DNA of 64,000 nt. Origin: an uncultured Acidimicrobiia bacterium. Its GTDB lineage: Bacteria > Actinomycetota > Acidimicrobiia > Acidimicrobiales > AC-14. Of the stretch, positions 35,511 to 45,480 are shown one piece after another (the first letter of the stretch is position 1; every line of letters begins with the position of its first letter). The stretch spans positions 128,001 to 192,000 of the forward strand of contig CAWIIV010000007.1 of the NCBI GenBank assembly GCA_963836205.1. The letters are read 5' to 3'. Position numbers and translations under genes: made by a program. The notes beneath the pieces were generated by a model, which saw only the letters and a program-made list of their open reading frames with translations, was not told where the DNA came from and did not search any database.

Positions 35511-35599
35511 TCAGGCCTCGGGCCGGAGCGTCGGGAGGCAGATCACGTCCCGGATGTTGAGGGCGTCGGCCGGGAGCATCACCGGGCGGTCGATGCCGA
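35511..35599 (-). pseudogene. Diverged duplicate of the lysS 3' end
   Basis: Reads GIDRPVMLPADALNIRDVICLPTLRPEA*; 35517-35599 aligns ungapped to 38711-38793 (about 68/83 by manual count). Confidence 0.9.
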
Positions 35600-35600
35600 C

Positions 35601-35666
35601 AGGTGGCAGACGACCGACCACTTCCCGAGCAGGCGCCGCATGCCGCCGCCGCGCCAGGCCTGCCCC
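35601..35666 (-). pseudogene. Diverged duplicate of the fdh promoter and first codons
   Basis: MRRLLGKWSVVCHL vs fdh LGRLLGKWPVVRQL; exact 20-mer CCACTTCCCGAGCAGGCGCC; upstream GCGCCAGGCCTGCCCC vs GCGCCAAGTCTGCCCC. Confidence 0.82.
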
Positions 35667-35720
35667 TTTGGTCGCCACCCGGCGCAGTGTCTTGGGCGTA
35701 TCAGGCTGGATGGTCGCGGA

Positions 35721-38697
35721 TCAGGCTGGCTTGTCGGGCGGTTGGAGCTGGTCGCGGACCGTTCGCTGGTCTCCGGTGAGCCGCTCGTCGGTGGCGGAGA
35801 GCAGCCAGGCCAAGTCGCGGTCGTAGACGTCCTGAGCGCTTTGCTCGTTGTCCAGATCCCGGAGGGTGTTGAAGAGGTTCCAGGCGGAGACGGTCGTGTC
35901 GGGGTGCTCGGCACCGAGGACCCGCCGCCGGACGTCGAGCACCTCCTCGTGCAGGGCCCGGGCCCCGGCCGCGTCTCCCACGGCCCGCAGGGTCACGGCC
36001 AGGTTGTTGGCCGACATGAGTGTGTCGGGGTGCTCGGCACCGAGGACCCGCCGCCGGGCCTCGATCACCTCCTCGTCCAGGGCTCGGGATCCGGCCGCGT
36101 CGCCCACATCCCGTAGAGTCGCGGCCAGGTTGTTGGCCGACATGAGGGTGTCGGGGTGCTCGGCCCCGAGGATCCGCCGCCGGGCCTCGAGCACCTCCTC
36201 GTGCAGGGCTCGGGCCCCGGCCGCGTCGCCCACATCCCATAGAGTCGCGGCCAGGTTGTTGGCCGACATGAGGGTGTCGGGGTGCTCGGCCCCGAGGATC
36301 CGCCGCCGGGCCTCGAGCACCTCCTCGTGCAGGGTGGGCTCGGGCCCCGGACGCGTCGCCCACAGCCCGCAGGGTCTCGGCCAGGTTGCTGGCCGACATG
36401 AGGGTATCGGGGTGTTCGGCACCGAGCACCCGCCGCCGGGCGTCGAGCACCTCTTCGTTCAGGGCCCGGGCCCCGGCCGCGTCGCCCACAGCCCGCAGGG
36501 TCTCGGCCAGGTTGCTGGCCGACATGAGGGTATCGGGGTGTTCGGCACCGAGCACCCGCAGCCGGGCCTCGAGCACCTCTTCGTTCAGGGCCCGGGCCCC
36601 GGCCGCGTCGCCCACGGCCCAGAGGACCACGGCCAGGTTGCTGGCCGACATGAGTATGTCGGGGTGCTCGGCACCGAGGACTCGCCGACGAGCGTGGAGC
36701 ACCTCCTCAAGCAGGGCCCGGGCCCTGGCCGCGTCGCCCACAGCCCATAGGGTCACGGCCAGGTTGTTGGCCGAGGTGAGGGTGCCGCGGTGCTCGGAGC
36801 CCAAGGTGTCCCGGGCCAGGATGAGGACCGCTTCATCGATACCGCGGGCGCGCCGGAAGAGGCCTTGGCCCGACAAGAGGAGGCCCACGGTGGCCCCCAA
36901 CTCCCAGGCGGATCTGGTCGCCGACCCGGGCGCCGTCGCCCGCGCCCGTTCGAAGAGGGCCTCGGCGTGGGAGAGGCAGGCCGTGAGGAGGGGCCAGCGA
37001 GAGGGGTCGCGGCACGTATCGGGGTTCATGACCCTGAGGAGGCCGGCGCATGCGGTCGCCAAGTCGGCGCTGTCGCCGGGCGACTGGGCCCGGAGAAACG
37101 CGGCCAGGACGCGGTGCATGGTGCCGAACATCGGGATGGCGGACCCTTCCGCGGGGCGGGACACGAGGGAGCGGCTGACGAGGGTGGCCCGCACCCCTCG
37201 ATCGCTCGCCTCGGGCCCGAGGGCTTCCAGCACGGCCACCGGGACAGGTGCGGGGGCGAGCTGGGCCAGCAGCCGGGCCGCGACCTGGACCGCGGGCGGC
37301 AAGTTCGCGTACGACATCGCCAAGGCCTCGGTGATCCCCCGGAGCGATCCCGGCGGCACGACGCCCGCCAGGGCCCGGGCGCTCTCGTCCAGTGCCGTCA
37401 CGGGGTCGTCGGCGTCGGCCATGGCCACCAGCTCGTCCGGCTCCAGCACGCCCTCCCGCAACGAGGCGTTGAGCAGCTCAAGGGCGAGTGGCAGGTGGCC
37501 CACCCACTCGGCGACGCGCCGCCGGGCGTCGGGAAGGATGTGGCGATGCGGCGGGAGTTCGCGGACGAGGAGGGCGACCGCGGGCTCGGGCGCCAGTGGC
37601 TCCACGCGCAGCGACCGAATCCCGGCGATCACCGATTGGTGGGCCCGGGAGGTCACCAGCAGGGCCACGTCGCCCATGGCGGGACACCAGGTGGTGAGGG
37701 GTCGTTGAGCGACATCGGGCCCCGGCTCGGGGACGTTGTCGACCACGTACAGGACGGGCGGGCCGGTCCGGTCGGCGAGGGCGGTGCCGGCCTCCCGGGC
37801 GACGTCTCGGCCGGCCTCCCGCATCGCCAGTAGGGGTGGGGTGTCCGGCACGAGCGTGGAAAGGATGCCGTGGAGCTGCTCCTCCAGCCGGTCGTCGCCG
37901 TCGGCGTTGACCCAGAACACGCCCCCCCGGTACCCGCGCCCGAAGCGGTGGACGTACTCGGTGGCCAGGCGGGTCTTGCCGAACCCGCCGCCTCCCTCCA
38001 GGGCGCCGGTGAGGGCGGCGGCGGTGATGTCGCCCCGAAGGGTGGAGAGCTGGTGGTGAATCCGCCACAGCTCGTCGGCCCGACCCACGAAGGCGTCGCC
38101 GATCGACACCCGTAGCTCACCGGGGAGGAAGTAGCGGGGGATGCCCGCCAGGCTGCGGGCGGGCGGCACGGCCGACTCCTCGAGCACGGTCTCGCGCACC
38201 GCGACCAGCTCGCTCAGCCCCGCGAGACGCTCCCCCACGGTGGGCGTCACCGTGCCCAGGCGCCGCTCGACCAGCGCCACCAGAGCCGCCGTGTCCGTCG
38301 CCGGGCACCAGTTGGTGGCTCGCAGGCGCGGCGGGAAGCGGTCGAGCTCGTCGGCGTGCTCGGTGCCCACCGCGACCACCACCGGCTCCAGCGCCTCGGC
38401 CCGCCGGTCGGGCGGCGCCCCCCGCTCGACCAGGGCATTGAAGGCGGCGAGGGCCACGTCGAGCTCCCGGAGGCAGTACCAGCGGCGGAAGTAGGTCGGC
38501 TCCGCGAACACCACCACCACCCGGGCTCCGAGCAGGGCGTCGACGATTCCCGACGGGACCTGTTCGCCCGCCTCGACGTCGGCGACGTCGAAGTAGGCCC
38601 GCGACCCCAAAGCCTCCGCCAGCGCACGGGCCTCGACCGCCGATGCCTGCCGGGAGTAGGAGATGAAGACCTCCCACCCCGCCGCCGGCGCCGCCAT
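35721..38697 (-). CDS. TIR - STAND/NB-ARC NTPase - TPR protein (NLR-like); 4-nt insertion at ~36332
   Basis: TIR (VFISYS, WYCLRE), Walker A GGGGFGKT, Walker B VLYVVDNV, HLPLAL, MHRV, ~8 42-aa repeats LGAEHPDTLMSANNLA. Confidence 0.88.
35880..36830 (-). repeat. 126-bp coding tandem repeats (TPR array)
   Basis: GGGGTG(C/T)TCG recurs at 35901, 36027, 36153, 36279, 36409, 36535, 36661. Confidence 0.92.
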
Positions 38698-38704
38698 GTC
38701 GGGC

Positions 38705-40170
38705 CTACGACTCCGGGCGGAGCGTGGGGAAGAGGATCACGTCGCGGATGTTCGACGCGTCGGCGAGGAGCATGACCAGGCGGTCGATGCCGATGCCCAG
38801 GCCGGCCGTCGGCGGCAACCCGTACTCGAGGGCGCGCAGGTAGTCGTCGTCGACCGCCATGGCCTCGTCGTCACCACCGGCCTTGGCCGCGGCCTGGGCC
38901 TCGAACCGCGCCCGCTGGTCGTCGGGGTCGACCAGCTCGGTGAAGGCGTTGGCCAGCTCCCGGCCGGCCACGATGGCCTCGAAGCGCTCGGTGAGCTCGG
39001 GGTCGTCGCGATGGCGGCGGGCCAGGGGCGAGACCTCGGCCGGGTAGTCGAGGACGAACACCGGCCCCCACAGCTTGGCCTCGGTGGTCTTCTCGTAGAC
39101 CTCGAGGACGATCTTGCCCGGCCCCCACGAGTCGTCGGGCTCCACGCCCACCGACCGGGCCACCGCCCGCAGGTCGTCGATCGCCATGTGCACGTCGACG
39201 TGGACCCCGGCGTGCTCCTCGACCAGGTCGGTGAGGGTGGCCCTCCGCCAAGGCGGGGTCAGGTCGAGGTCGCGGCCGCCGTAGGTGAGCCGCAGGCCGC
39301 CGGCCGCCACCACCGCCACCTCGGCCACCAGCTCCTCGGTGAGCTTCATGAGGTCGACGTAGTCGGCGTAGGCCTCGTACAGCTCGAGCATGGTGAACTC
39401 GGGGTTGTGGCGGGGAGAGATGCCCTCGTTGCGGAACACCCGTCCGATCTCGAACACCTTCTCGAAGCCGCCCACCACCAGCCGCTTGAGGTAGAGCTCG
39501 GGGGCGACCCGCAGGTAGAGGTCGAGGTCCAAGGCGTTGTGGTGGGTGACGAAGGGCTTGGCCAGGGCGCCGCCGGGGATGGGGTGGAAGATCGGCGTCT
39601 CGACTTCGACGAAGCCCCGATCCTCCAGCCGCCGGCGCAGGAGGCTCACCACCCGGCTGCGGAGGAGGAGGGTGTCGCGGGCCTCGGGCGTGGCGAACAG
39701 GTCGACGTACCGTTGGCGGTAGCGGGTGTCGGGGTCGGCCAGGCCGTGCCACTTGTCGGGGAACGGGCGGCGGGTCTGGGCCAGCACCACCCAGTCGTCG
39801 ACCTTCACCGACAGCTCGCCCCGACGGGTGGTCATGACCTCGCCGGAGACGCCGATCCAGTCGCCCAACGAGAGCGCGGCGAAGTCCTCGAACCGCGGCG
39901 TCGCCCCGGACCGGGCGAAGAGCTGGATGCGGCCGGACGAGTCGGCCAGCGTCCCGAACGCGACCTTGCCCTGGTCCCGCCGGAGCATCAGCCGCCCCGC
40001 CACCGACGCCGTCTCTCCCGTCTCGATCCCCGGCGCCAGGTCGCCCCACCGCTCGTGGAGGTCGGCCGCGGTGTCGGTGCGGTCGAACCGGTACGGCACC
40101 CCTACCGAACGGTGACGTTTTCGGTGGCCAGGGCGACGTTTTCCGTCACCGGTTCGTCTGCAGCGGTCAT
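38705..40170 (-). CDS. lysS: Lysine--tRNA ligase class II (core ORF 38705-40099; probable ATG at 40170 with a 1-nt indel)
   Basis: [39 protein letters not shown]; ATG overlaps coaX stop. Confidence 0.96.
40106..40156. repeat. Palindromic repeat family copy at the lysS 5' end
   Basis: CGAAC-GGTGACG...CGTCACCGGTTCG, aligns with the reverse complement of the 20446 unit. Confidence 0.8.
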
Positions 40171-40928
40171 CGGTTCAGCTCGTAGATCAAGCGGAGGCCG
40201 TGGAGGGTGAGCCACGGGTCGTGGCGCTGCACGCACTCCGACAGGGGGGCCATGAGCTCGCCCAGGCCGCCGGTCGACACGATCATGCACGTCCCCAGCT
40301 CGGCCTCGAAGCGCCGGCACAGCCCGTCGACCGCGGCCGCGAACCCGAACAGCACGCCCGATTGGATCGACTCCGGCGTGCTCTTGCCGATGACCCGCTT
40401 GGGCGGTACCAGCTCGACCCACGACAGGGCCGCGGCCCGCTCGAACAGGGCGTCGAGGCTGATCTCGATGCCCGGCAGTATCGCCCCCCCGAGGTACTCG
40501 CCGACGGCCGACGTGGCGTCGATGGTGGTGGCGGTGCCGAAGTCGACCACCACCGTGGGCCCGCCGTAGAGGTCGAAGGCGCCCACCGCGTTGGCGATGC
40601 GGTCGGGTCCGACCTGGCGGGGGTTGTCGTAGAGGATCGGCATCCCGCTACGGGTGCCGGGCTCCAGCACCACCGCCGGGAGGTCGAGGTAGCGGCTGGC
40701 CATCTCCCGGAGGACGGCAGTGAGCCGGGGGACGGTGCACGACACGACCAGCCCGGTGAGGTCGGCCAGGGCCGAGCCCCGCTGCGAGAGGAACTGGATG
40801 AGGAGCAGGACGTGTTCGTCGGACGTGCGCTCGGCGTTGGTGGCGATGCGCCAGGTGTCGAGCAGCTGGTCGCCGTCGTAGAGACCGAGGACGGTCTGGG
40901 TGTTGCCGGCGTCGATTGCCAGGAGCAT
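40167..40928 (-). CDS. coaX: Type III pantothenate kinase
   Basis: [28 protein letters not shown]. Confidence 0.95.
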   Translation of the reverse strand: MLLAIDAGNTQTVLGLYDGDQLLDTWRIATNAERTSDEHVLLLIQFLSQRGSALADLTGLVVSCTVPRLTAVLREMASRYLDLPAVVLEPGTRSGMPILYDNPRQVGPDRIANAVGAFDLYGGPTVVVDFGTATTIDATSAVGEYLGGAILPGIEISLDALFERAAALSWVELVPPKRVIGKSTPESIQSGVLFGFAAAVDGLCRRFEAELGTCMIVSTGGLGELMAPLSECVQRHDPWLTLHGLRLIYELNR

Positions 40929-40944
40929 CAGGGGCGGTCGCGGC

Positions 40945-41781
40945 TCAGCGGAGGTCGAGGCCGATGTCGAGCGTGGGGGCGGAGTGGGTGAGGGCGCCCA
41001 CCGAGATGAGCTGGGCCCCGGCCGAGGCGTAGGTGGGCACGTTCTCGAGGGTCACCCCCCCGGACACCTCCACCACGCCCTGGTAGCCGGTGGTCCGCAA
41101 CACCGCCACGACATCGGACACCTGGCCCGGCGTCATGTTGTCGAGCAGGACCAGGTCGGCGCCGACCAGCGCCGCCACCTCCGCCTGACGGAGGGAGTCG
41201 CATTCGACCTGGATGGGCCGGCCCGGATACAGGTCCCTGGCCTTGGCCACCGCCTCCTCGATGGAGATGCCGAACAGGTGGTTGTCCTTGAGCAGGATGC
41301 CGTCGGACAGGTTTCCCCGGTGGTTGAGGCCGCCGCCCGCCCGCACCGCCGCCTTCTCCAGGGCCCGCAGGCCGGGCGTGGTCTTGCGGGTGTCGCGGAC
41401 GTGGGCGCCGGGGGACGCGGCGTCGGCGTAGCGGCGGGTGAGGGTGGCGATGCCGGAGAGGTGGCAGAGGAAGTTCAGGGCCGTTCGCTCGGCGACGAGG
41501 ATGCTGGTGAGGGTGCCGGTGACGGTGGCGACCGGCTGGCGGGCGGAGACCCGATGGCCGTCGTCGGCCCACCAGTCGACGTGAACGAGGGGGTCGACCT
41601 GGGCGAACGCCTCGGTCGCTGCCAGCCGGCCAGCCAGCACTCCGACCTTGCGGGGCACGATGTCGGCGGTGGCCTTGGCGTCTTTCGGGAGGAGGGACGT
41701 GGTGAGGTCGCCCAGGGGCCCGATGTCCTCGGCCAGGGCCCTCGCCACCGCTTCTCGCACCGCGTGGATGGGGGGATGCAC
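40945..41781 (-). CDS. nadC: Quinolinate phosphoribosyltransferase
   Basis: ERTALN, DTRKTTPGLR, KDNH, LLDNM, EVSGG. Confidence 0.95.
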   Translation of the reverse strand: MHPPIHAVREAVARALAEDIGPLGDLTTSLLPKDAKATADIVPRKVGVLAGRLAATEAFAQVDPLVHVDWWADDGHRVSARQPVATVTGTLTSILVAERTALNFLCHLSGIATLTRRYADAASPGAHVRDTRKTTPGLRALEKAAVRAGGGLNHRGNLSDGILLKDNHLFGISIEEAVAKARDLYPGRPIQVECDSLRQAEVAALVGADLVLLDNMTPGQVSDVVAVLRTTGYQGVVEVSGGVTLENVPTYASAGAQLISVGALTHSAPTLDIGLDLR

Positions 41782-41786
41782 GGCGG

Positions 41787-43364
41787 TCAGGCGTCTCCCA
41801 CGAGGATCCGCCGTTGGAACGCGGGCGACGTGTCGGGGTGGTCGGTGCGGGTGTGGGCGCCCCGGGTCTCCCGGCGGGCGTCGGCCGCGGCCACGACGGC
41901 CCCGCCCACGAGGAGCAGGTTCTGGTGCTCCCAGTCGTCGGGCGTGACCGGACCGTCCGACGGCGTCGCCCGCTCGATCACCGCCCGCGCCCGGCGGAGG
42001 GACTCGCGGTCGCGCACCACGCCCGCCTCGATCGTCATCCCCCGCTGGAGGATGCTGCGCAGCTTGGCCCCGTCGGTTTCCGACGACGGCCGGGGCGGGG
42101 GTCGGGGCGACCGCACCCGGAGCGGACCCGCCCCCGTGGGACGCACGATCGCCGCCATCACGCCGGTGGCCTCGGGCCCGTCCCGGCCCCGTTCGATCGC
42201 CTCCACCACCCGGGCCGAGAACACCATCCCCTCCAGGAGGGAGTTGGAGGCCAGCCGGTTGGCCCCGTGGACGCCGGTGCAGGCCACCTCACCCGCGGCC
42301 CAGAGCCCGGGGAGGTCGGTGGCCCCGTCGAGGTCGGTGACCACCCCTCCGATCGTGTAATGGGCGGCGGGGGCGATGGGCAGCCAGTCGGTGGCGGGGT
42401 CGAGGCCGGCGTCTTCGAGGGCGGCGGCGATGGTGGGGAAGCGCTCGGCGAAGCGGTCGAGCCCGGTGGCGTCGAGCCATAGGTGTTCGACGCCCTCCTC
42501 CAGCATGCGGGCGGCCATGGCTCGGGCCACCACGTCGCGCGGCGCCAGCTCGTCGACGAAGCGGGCGCCGGACGCGTCCCGTACCAGCGCCCCGTGTCCC
42601 CGCAACGCCTCCGAGAGCAACGGCCGGGGCACCTGGGGGTGGTGCAGGGCAGTGGGGTGGAACTGGACGAACTCCATGTCGGCCACCGTCACCCCCGCCC
42701 GCAGGGCCATGGCCACACCGTCGCCGGTGGCCTGGGGCGGGTTGGTGGTGACCGCGTAGAGCTGGCCGAAGCCGCCGGTGGCCATGAGGGTGTGGCGGGC
42801 CCGCACCTCGTGGGCCGTGCCCGACGGGTCGAGGGCCACCACCCCCCGGCAGCGCCCGTCGTCCACGATCAGCTGGATGGCGAACCACCCCTCCATCACC
42901 GAGGCGGCGGTGGCCTGCACCGCCTCCACCAGCGCCCGCTCGATCTCGACGCCGGTGGCGGCCCCGCCCGCGTGCACCACCCGGGGCACGGAGTGGCCGC
43001 CCTCCCGGGCCAGGGCGAGGTGGCCGTGGGCGTCGCGGTCGAACACCGCGCCCAGGGCGATCAGGTTCTGCACCCGGGCCGGCCCCTCGTCGACCAGCAA
43101 CCGCACCGCGGCCGGGTCGCACAGCCCGGCGCCGGCGGCCAGGGTGTCGGCCAGGTGGAGGTCGGTGGAGTCGGGGTCGCCACCGAGCACCGCCGCCACC
43201 CCGCCCTGGGCCCACCGGGTGGATGCCTGCTCGAGGTCGCCCTTGGTGAGCACGCCGACCCGCAGCCCCTGGTCGATGCCTGATTCGAGGGCGGCGGCCT
43301 GGACCGCGGCCGACAGCCCCGCCACCCCGCTGCCCAGCACCAGCAGATCGAGGATCGGGGTCAA
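41787..43364 (-). CDS. nadB: L-aspartate oxidase
   Basis: GSGVAGL, AQGG, EGGHS, QFHPT, GVHGANRLASNSLLE. Confidence 0.95.
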   Translation of the reverse strand: MTPILDLLVLGSGVAGLSAAVQAAALESGIDQGLRVGVLTKGDLEQASTRWAQGGVAAVLGGDPDSTDLHLADTLAAGAGLCDPAAVRLLVDEGPARVQNLIALGAVFDRDAHGHLALAREGGHSVPRVVHAGGAATGVEIERALVEAVQATAASVMEGWFAIQLIVDDGRCRGVVALDPSGTAHEVRARHTLMATGGFGQLYAVTTNPPQATGDGVAMALRAGVTVADMEFVQFHPTALHHPQVPRPLLSEALRGHGALVRDASGARFVDELAPRDVVARAMAARMLEEGVEHLWLDATGLDRFAERFPTIAAALEDAGLDPATDWLPIAPAAHYTIGGVVTDLDGATDLPGLWAAGEVACTGVHGANRLASNSLLEGMVFSARVVEAIERGRDGPEATGVMAAIVRPTGAGPLRVRSPRPPPRPSSETDGAKLRSILQRGMTIEAGVVRDRESLRRARAVIERATPSDGPVTPDDWEHQNLLLVGGAVVAAADARRETRGAHTRTDHPDTSPAFQRRILVGDA

Positions 43365-43702
43365 CGGGGCCGGTTCTCGGAATCCACCTGCACGGTGACG
43401 GGCTCGAAGGTGGACAACTCCCCGTCGTCGTAGTCGGCGTAGGTGACGAGGATCACCCGGTGGCCGACCTCGACCAACCGGGCCGCGGCCCCGTTGAGCT
43501 GCACCTGCCCCGGCTCGCCGGCGATGGCGTAGGTCTCGAAGCGGTTGCCGTTGTCGACGTCGAGCACGGCCACCTGCTCCCACTCCAGGATGTCGGCCCG
43601 CTTCATGAGACCGGTGTCTATCGAGACGGAGCCGGCGTAGTCGACTTCGGCCCCCGTCACCGTGGCCCGGTGGATCTTGGACTTCATCATCCGCCGCCTC
43701 AC
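43361..43702 (-). CDS. panD: Aspartate 1-decarboxylase
   Basis: KSKIHRATVT, YAG/S cleavage site, NGNRFETY, LNGAAA. Confidence 0.95.
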   Translation of the reverse strand: MRRRMMKSKIHRATVTGAEVDYAGSVSIDTGLMKRADILEWEQVAVLDVDNGNRFETYAIAGEPGQVQLNGAAARLVEVGHRVILVTYADYDDGELSTFEPVTVQVDSENRPR

Positions 43703-44580
43703 CGGACCGTCACCCCGACGTTGTCGATGAGGCGGGTGCCGCCCACCCAGGCGGCCAGCACCAGGCGGACCTCGGTGCCGGGCGAGACCACGTCGAGGGG
43801 GACGAGGGTGTCGGCGTCGACCACCTCGGCGTAGTCGAGGAGGGCGAGGGGCTCGGCGGCCACGATGCGGGCCATCAGCTTTCGGACCTCGTGGGCGTGG
43901 CGTCGGCCGTGGTCGCCGATCACCCGGGCGCCCTCGTCGAGGGCCCGGACGAGGACCGGCGCCGCCGCCCGCTCGCCGGCCGACAGGTACCCGTTGCGGC
44001 TCGACCAGGCCACCCCGTCGTGGTCGCGCACGGTGCGGCAGCCGACCACCGCCACGGGCAGCCCCAGGTCGGCGACCATGCGCCGCACCACCGCCAGCTG
44101 CTGGAAGTCCTTCTCGCCGAAGTAGGCCCGCACCGGCCCGGCCAGGTTGAACAGGCGGGCGACGACGGTGGCCACCCCGTCGAAGTGCCCGGGCCGGCTG
44201 GCCCCCTCCAGTCCCTCGGACAACCCGGCCACGTGGACGGTGGTGGCCGAACGTCCGCCGGGGAACATCTCCTCCACCGGGGGGGCGAAGACCACGGCCG
44301 CGCCGGCCTCGCCCGCGATCTCCAGGTCGGCGGCCAGGTCGCGGGGGTACCGGGACAGGTCCTCGCCGGCCGCGAACTGCAGCGGGTTGACGAAGACGGT
44401 GACCGCGGTGACGTCGCACTCCGCCGCCGAGCGCCGGATGAGGGAGGCGTGCCCCGGGTGGAGGGCGCCCATGGTGGGGACCAGCCCGACGGTGCGGCCC
44501 GCGGCCCGCTCCCGGTCGAGCTCCTTGCGCAGCACGTCGCCCCGGTCGATCACCCGGGGAGCGGCCCTGTCGTCGCTCAC
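43699..44580 (-). CDS. panC: Pantoate--beta-alanine ligase
   Basis: VPTMGALHPGH, FVNPLQF, FGEKDFQQ, SSRN, RLIDN. Confidence 0.96.
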   Translation of the reverse strand: MSDDRAAPRVIDRGDVLRKELDRERAAGRTVGLVPTMGALHPGHASLIRRSAAECDVTAVTVFVNPLQFAAGEDLSRYPRDLAADLEIAGEAGAAVVFAPPVEEMFPGGRSATTVHVAGLSEGLEGASRPGHFDGVATVVARLFNLAGPVRAYFGEKDFQQLAVVRRMVADLGLPVAVVGCRTVRDHDGVAWSSRNGYLSAGERAAAPVLVRALDEGARVIGDHGRRHAHEVRKLMARIVAAEPLALLDYAEVVDADTLVPLDVVSPGTEVRLVLAAWVGGTRLIDNVGVTVR

Positions 44581-45470
44581 GTCGTCTCCTCACGTTCCGG
44601 CCCCGGGAGGGGGTGCCGTTCGTCGTCGTCCAGCCTACCGATCGCCCGCACCACCCCGATCGCGCTGTGCTCCCACGCCGCGGGGACGAGGTCGGGGGCG
44701 AGGTCGGCGAGGGGAGCGAGGACGAACCGGCGCTCGTGCATCCGGGGATGGGGGACGGTGAGGTCGGGCTCGTCGACCACCTCGTCGCCCACCAGGAGGA
44801 CGTCGACGTCGAGGATGCGGGGGCCGAAGCGTTCGGCCCGGACCCGGCCGGCGGCCGCCTCCAGCTGCTGGGCGATCTCGAGCAGGTGGCGGGCGGTGTG
44901 GTCGGTCGCCAGCTCCACCACCAGGTTGAGGTACGGCGGCTGGCCCTCCGGTCCGCCCACCGGCTCCGTCTCGTACACCGGCGACACCGCCACCACGTCG
45001 GGCAACCCCGCCACCGCGATGCGGAGCGTCCCCATCCGGTCGCCCAGGTTCGACCCCAGGCCCACGAACGCCCGCCGCCGAACGGGGGCTTCCCGGCGTC
45101 GGGTGATGCGGACCCCGGCCGACGTGAGGTCGGCGGGCAGGGGCGGGCGGAGCTTGCGGACGGCGACGGTGACGGCCCGGATCCGGGGGTCGACGTCGGC
45201 CACCTGCGACGCGATCCGCTCGGCCAGGCGTTCGAGGAGGCGGAAGCGCTCGTCGCCGACGACGGCCGCCACCACCGCGGTGACCGCCCCGTAGTCGACG
45301 GTGTCGGCCAGCCGGTCGCTCGCCCCCGCCACCGACAGGTCGGCCTCCACGTCGAGGTCGACCTCGAACGGCTGGGCTCTGTCCTGCTCCTCGGGAAGGG
45401 CGCCGTGGACGCCCAGCACCCGCAGCCCCCGCAGCTCGATGCGGTCGCGGTCCGGCTCGGGGCGGTCCAC
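44577..45470 (-). CDS. folK: Fused dihydroneopterin aldolase / HPPK (FolB-FolK)
   Basis: FolB (HG..PEE, DTVDY, LLERLA) then FolK (GLGSNLG, YETEP, PRILDVD, PHPRM) in one frame. Confidence 0.88.
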   Translation of the reverse strand: MDRPEPDRDRIELRGLRVLGVHGALPEEQDRAQPFEVDLDVEADLSVAGASDRLADTVDYGAVTAVVAAVVGDERFRLLERLAERIASQVADVDPRIRAVTVAVRKLRPPLPADLTSAGVRITRRREAPVRRRAFVGLGSNLGDRMGTLRIAVAGLPDVVAVSPVYETEPVGGPEGQPPYLNLVVELATDHTARHLLEIAQQLEAAAGRVRAERFGPRILDVDVLLVGDEVVDEPDLTVPHPRMHERRFVLAPLADLAPDLVPAAWEHSAIGVVRAIGRLDDDERHPLPGPEREETT

Positions 45471-45480
45471 CGGGTAAGTC

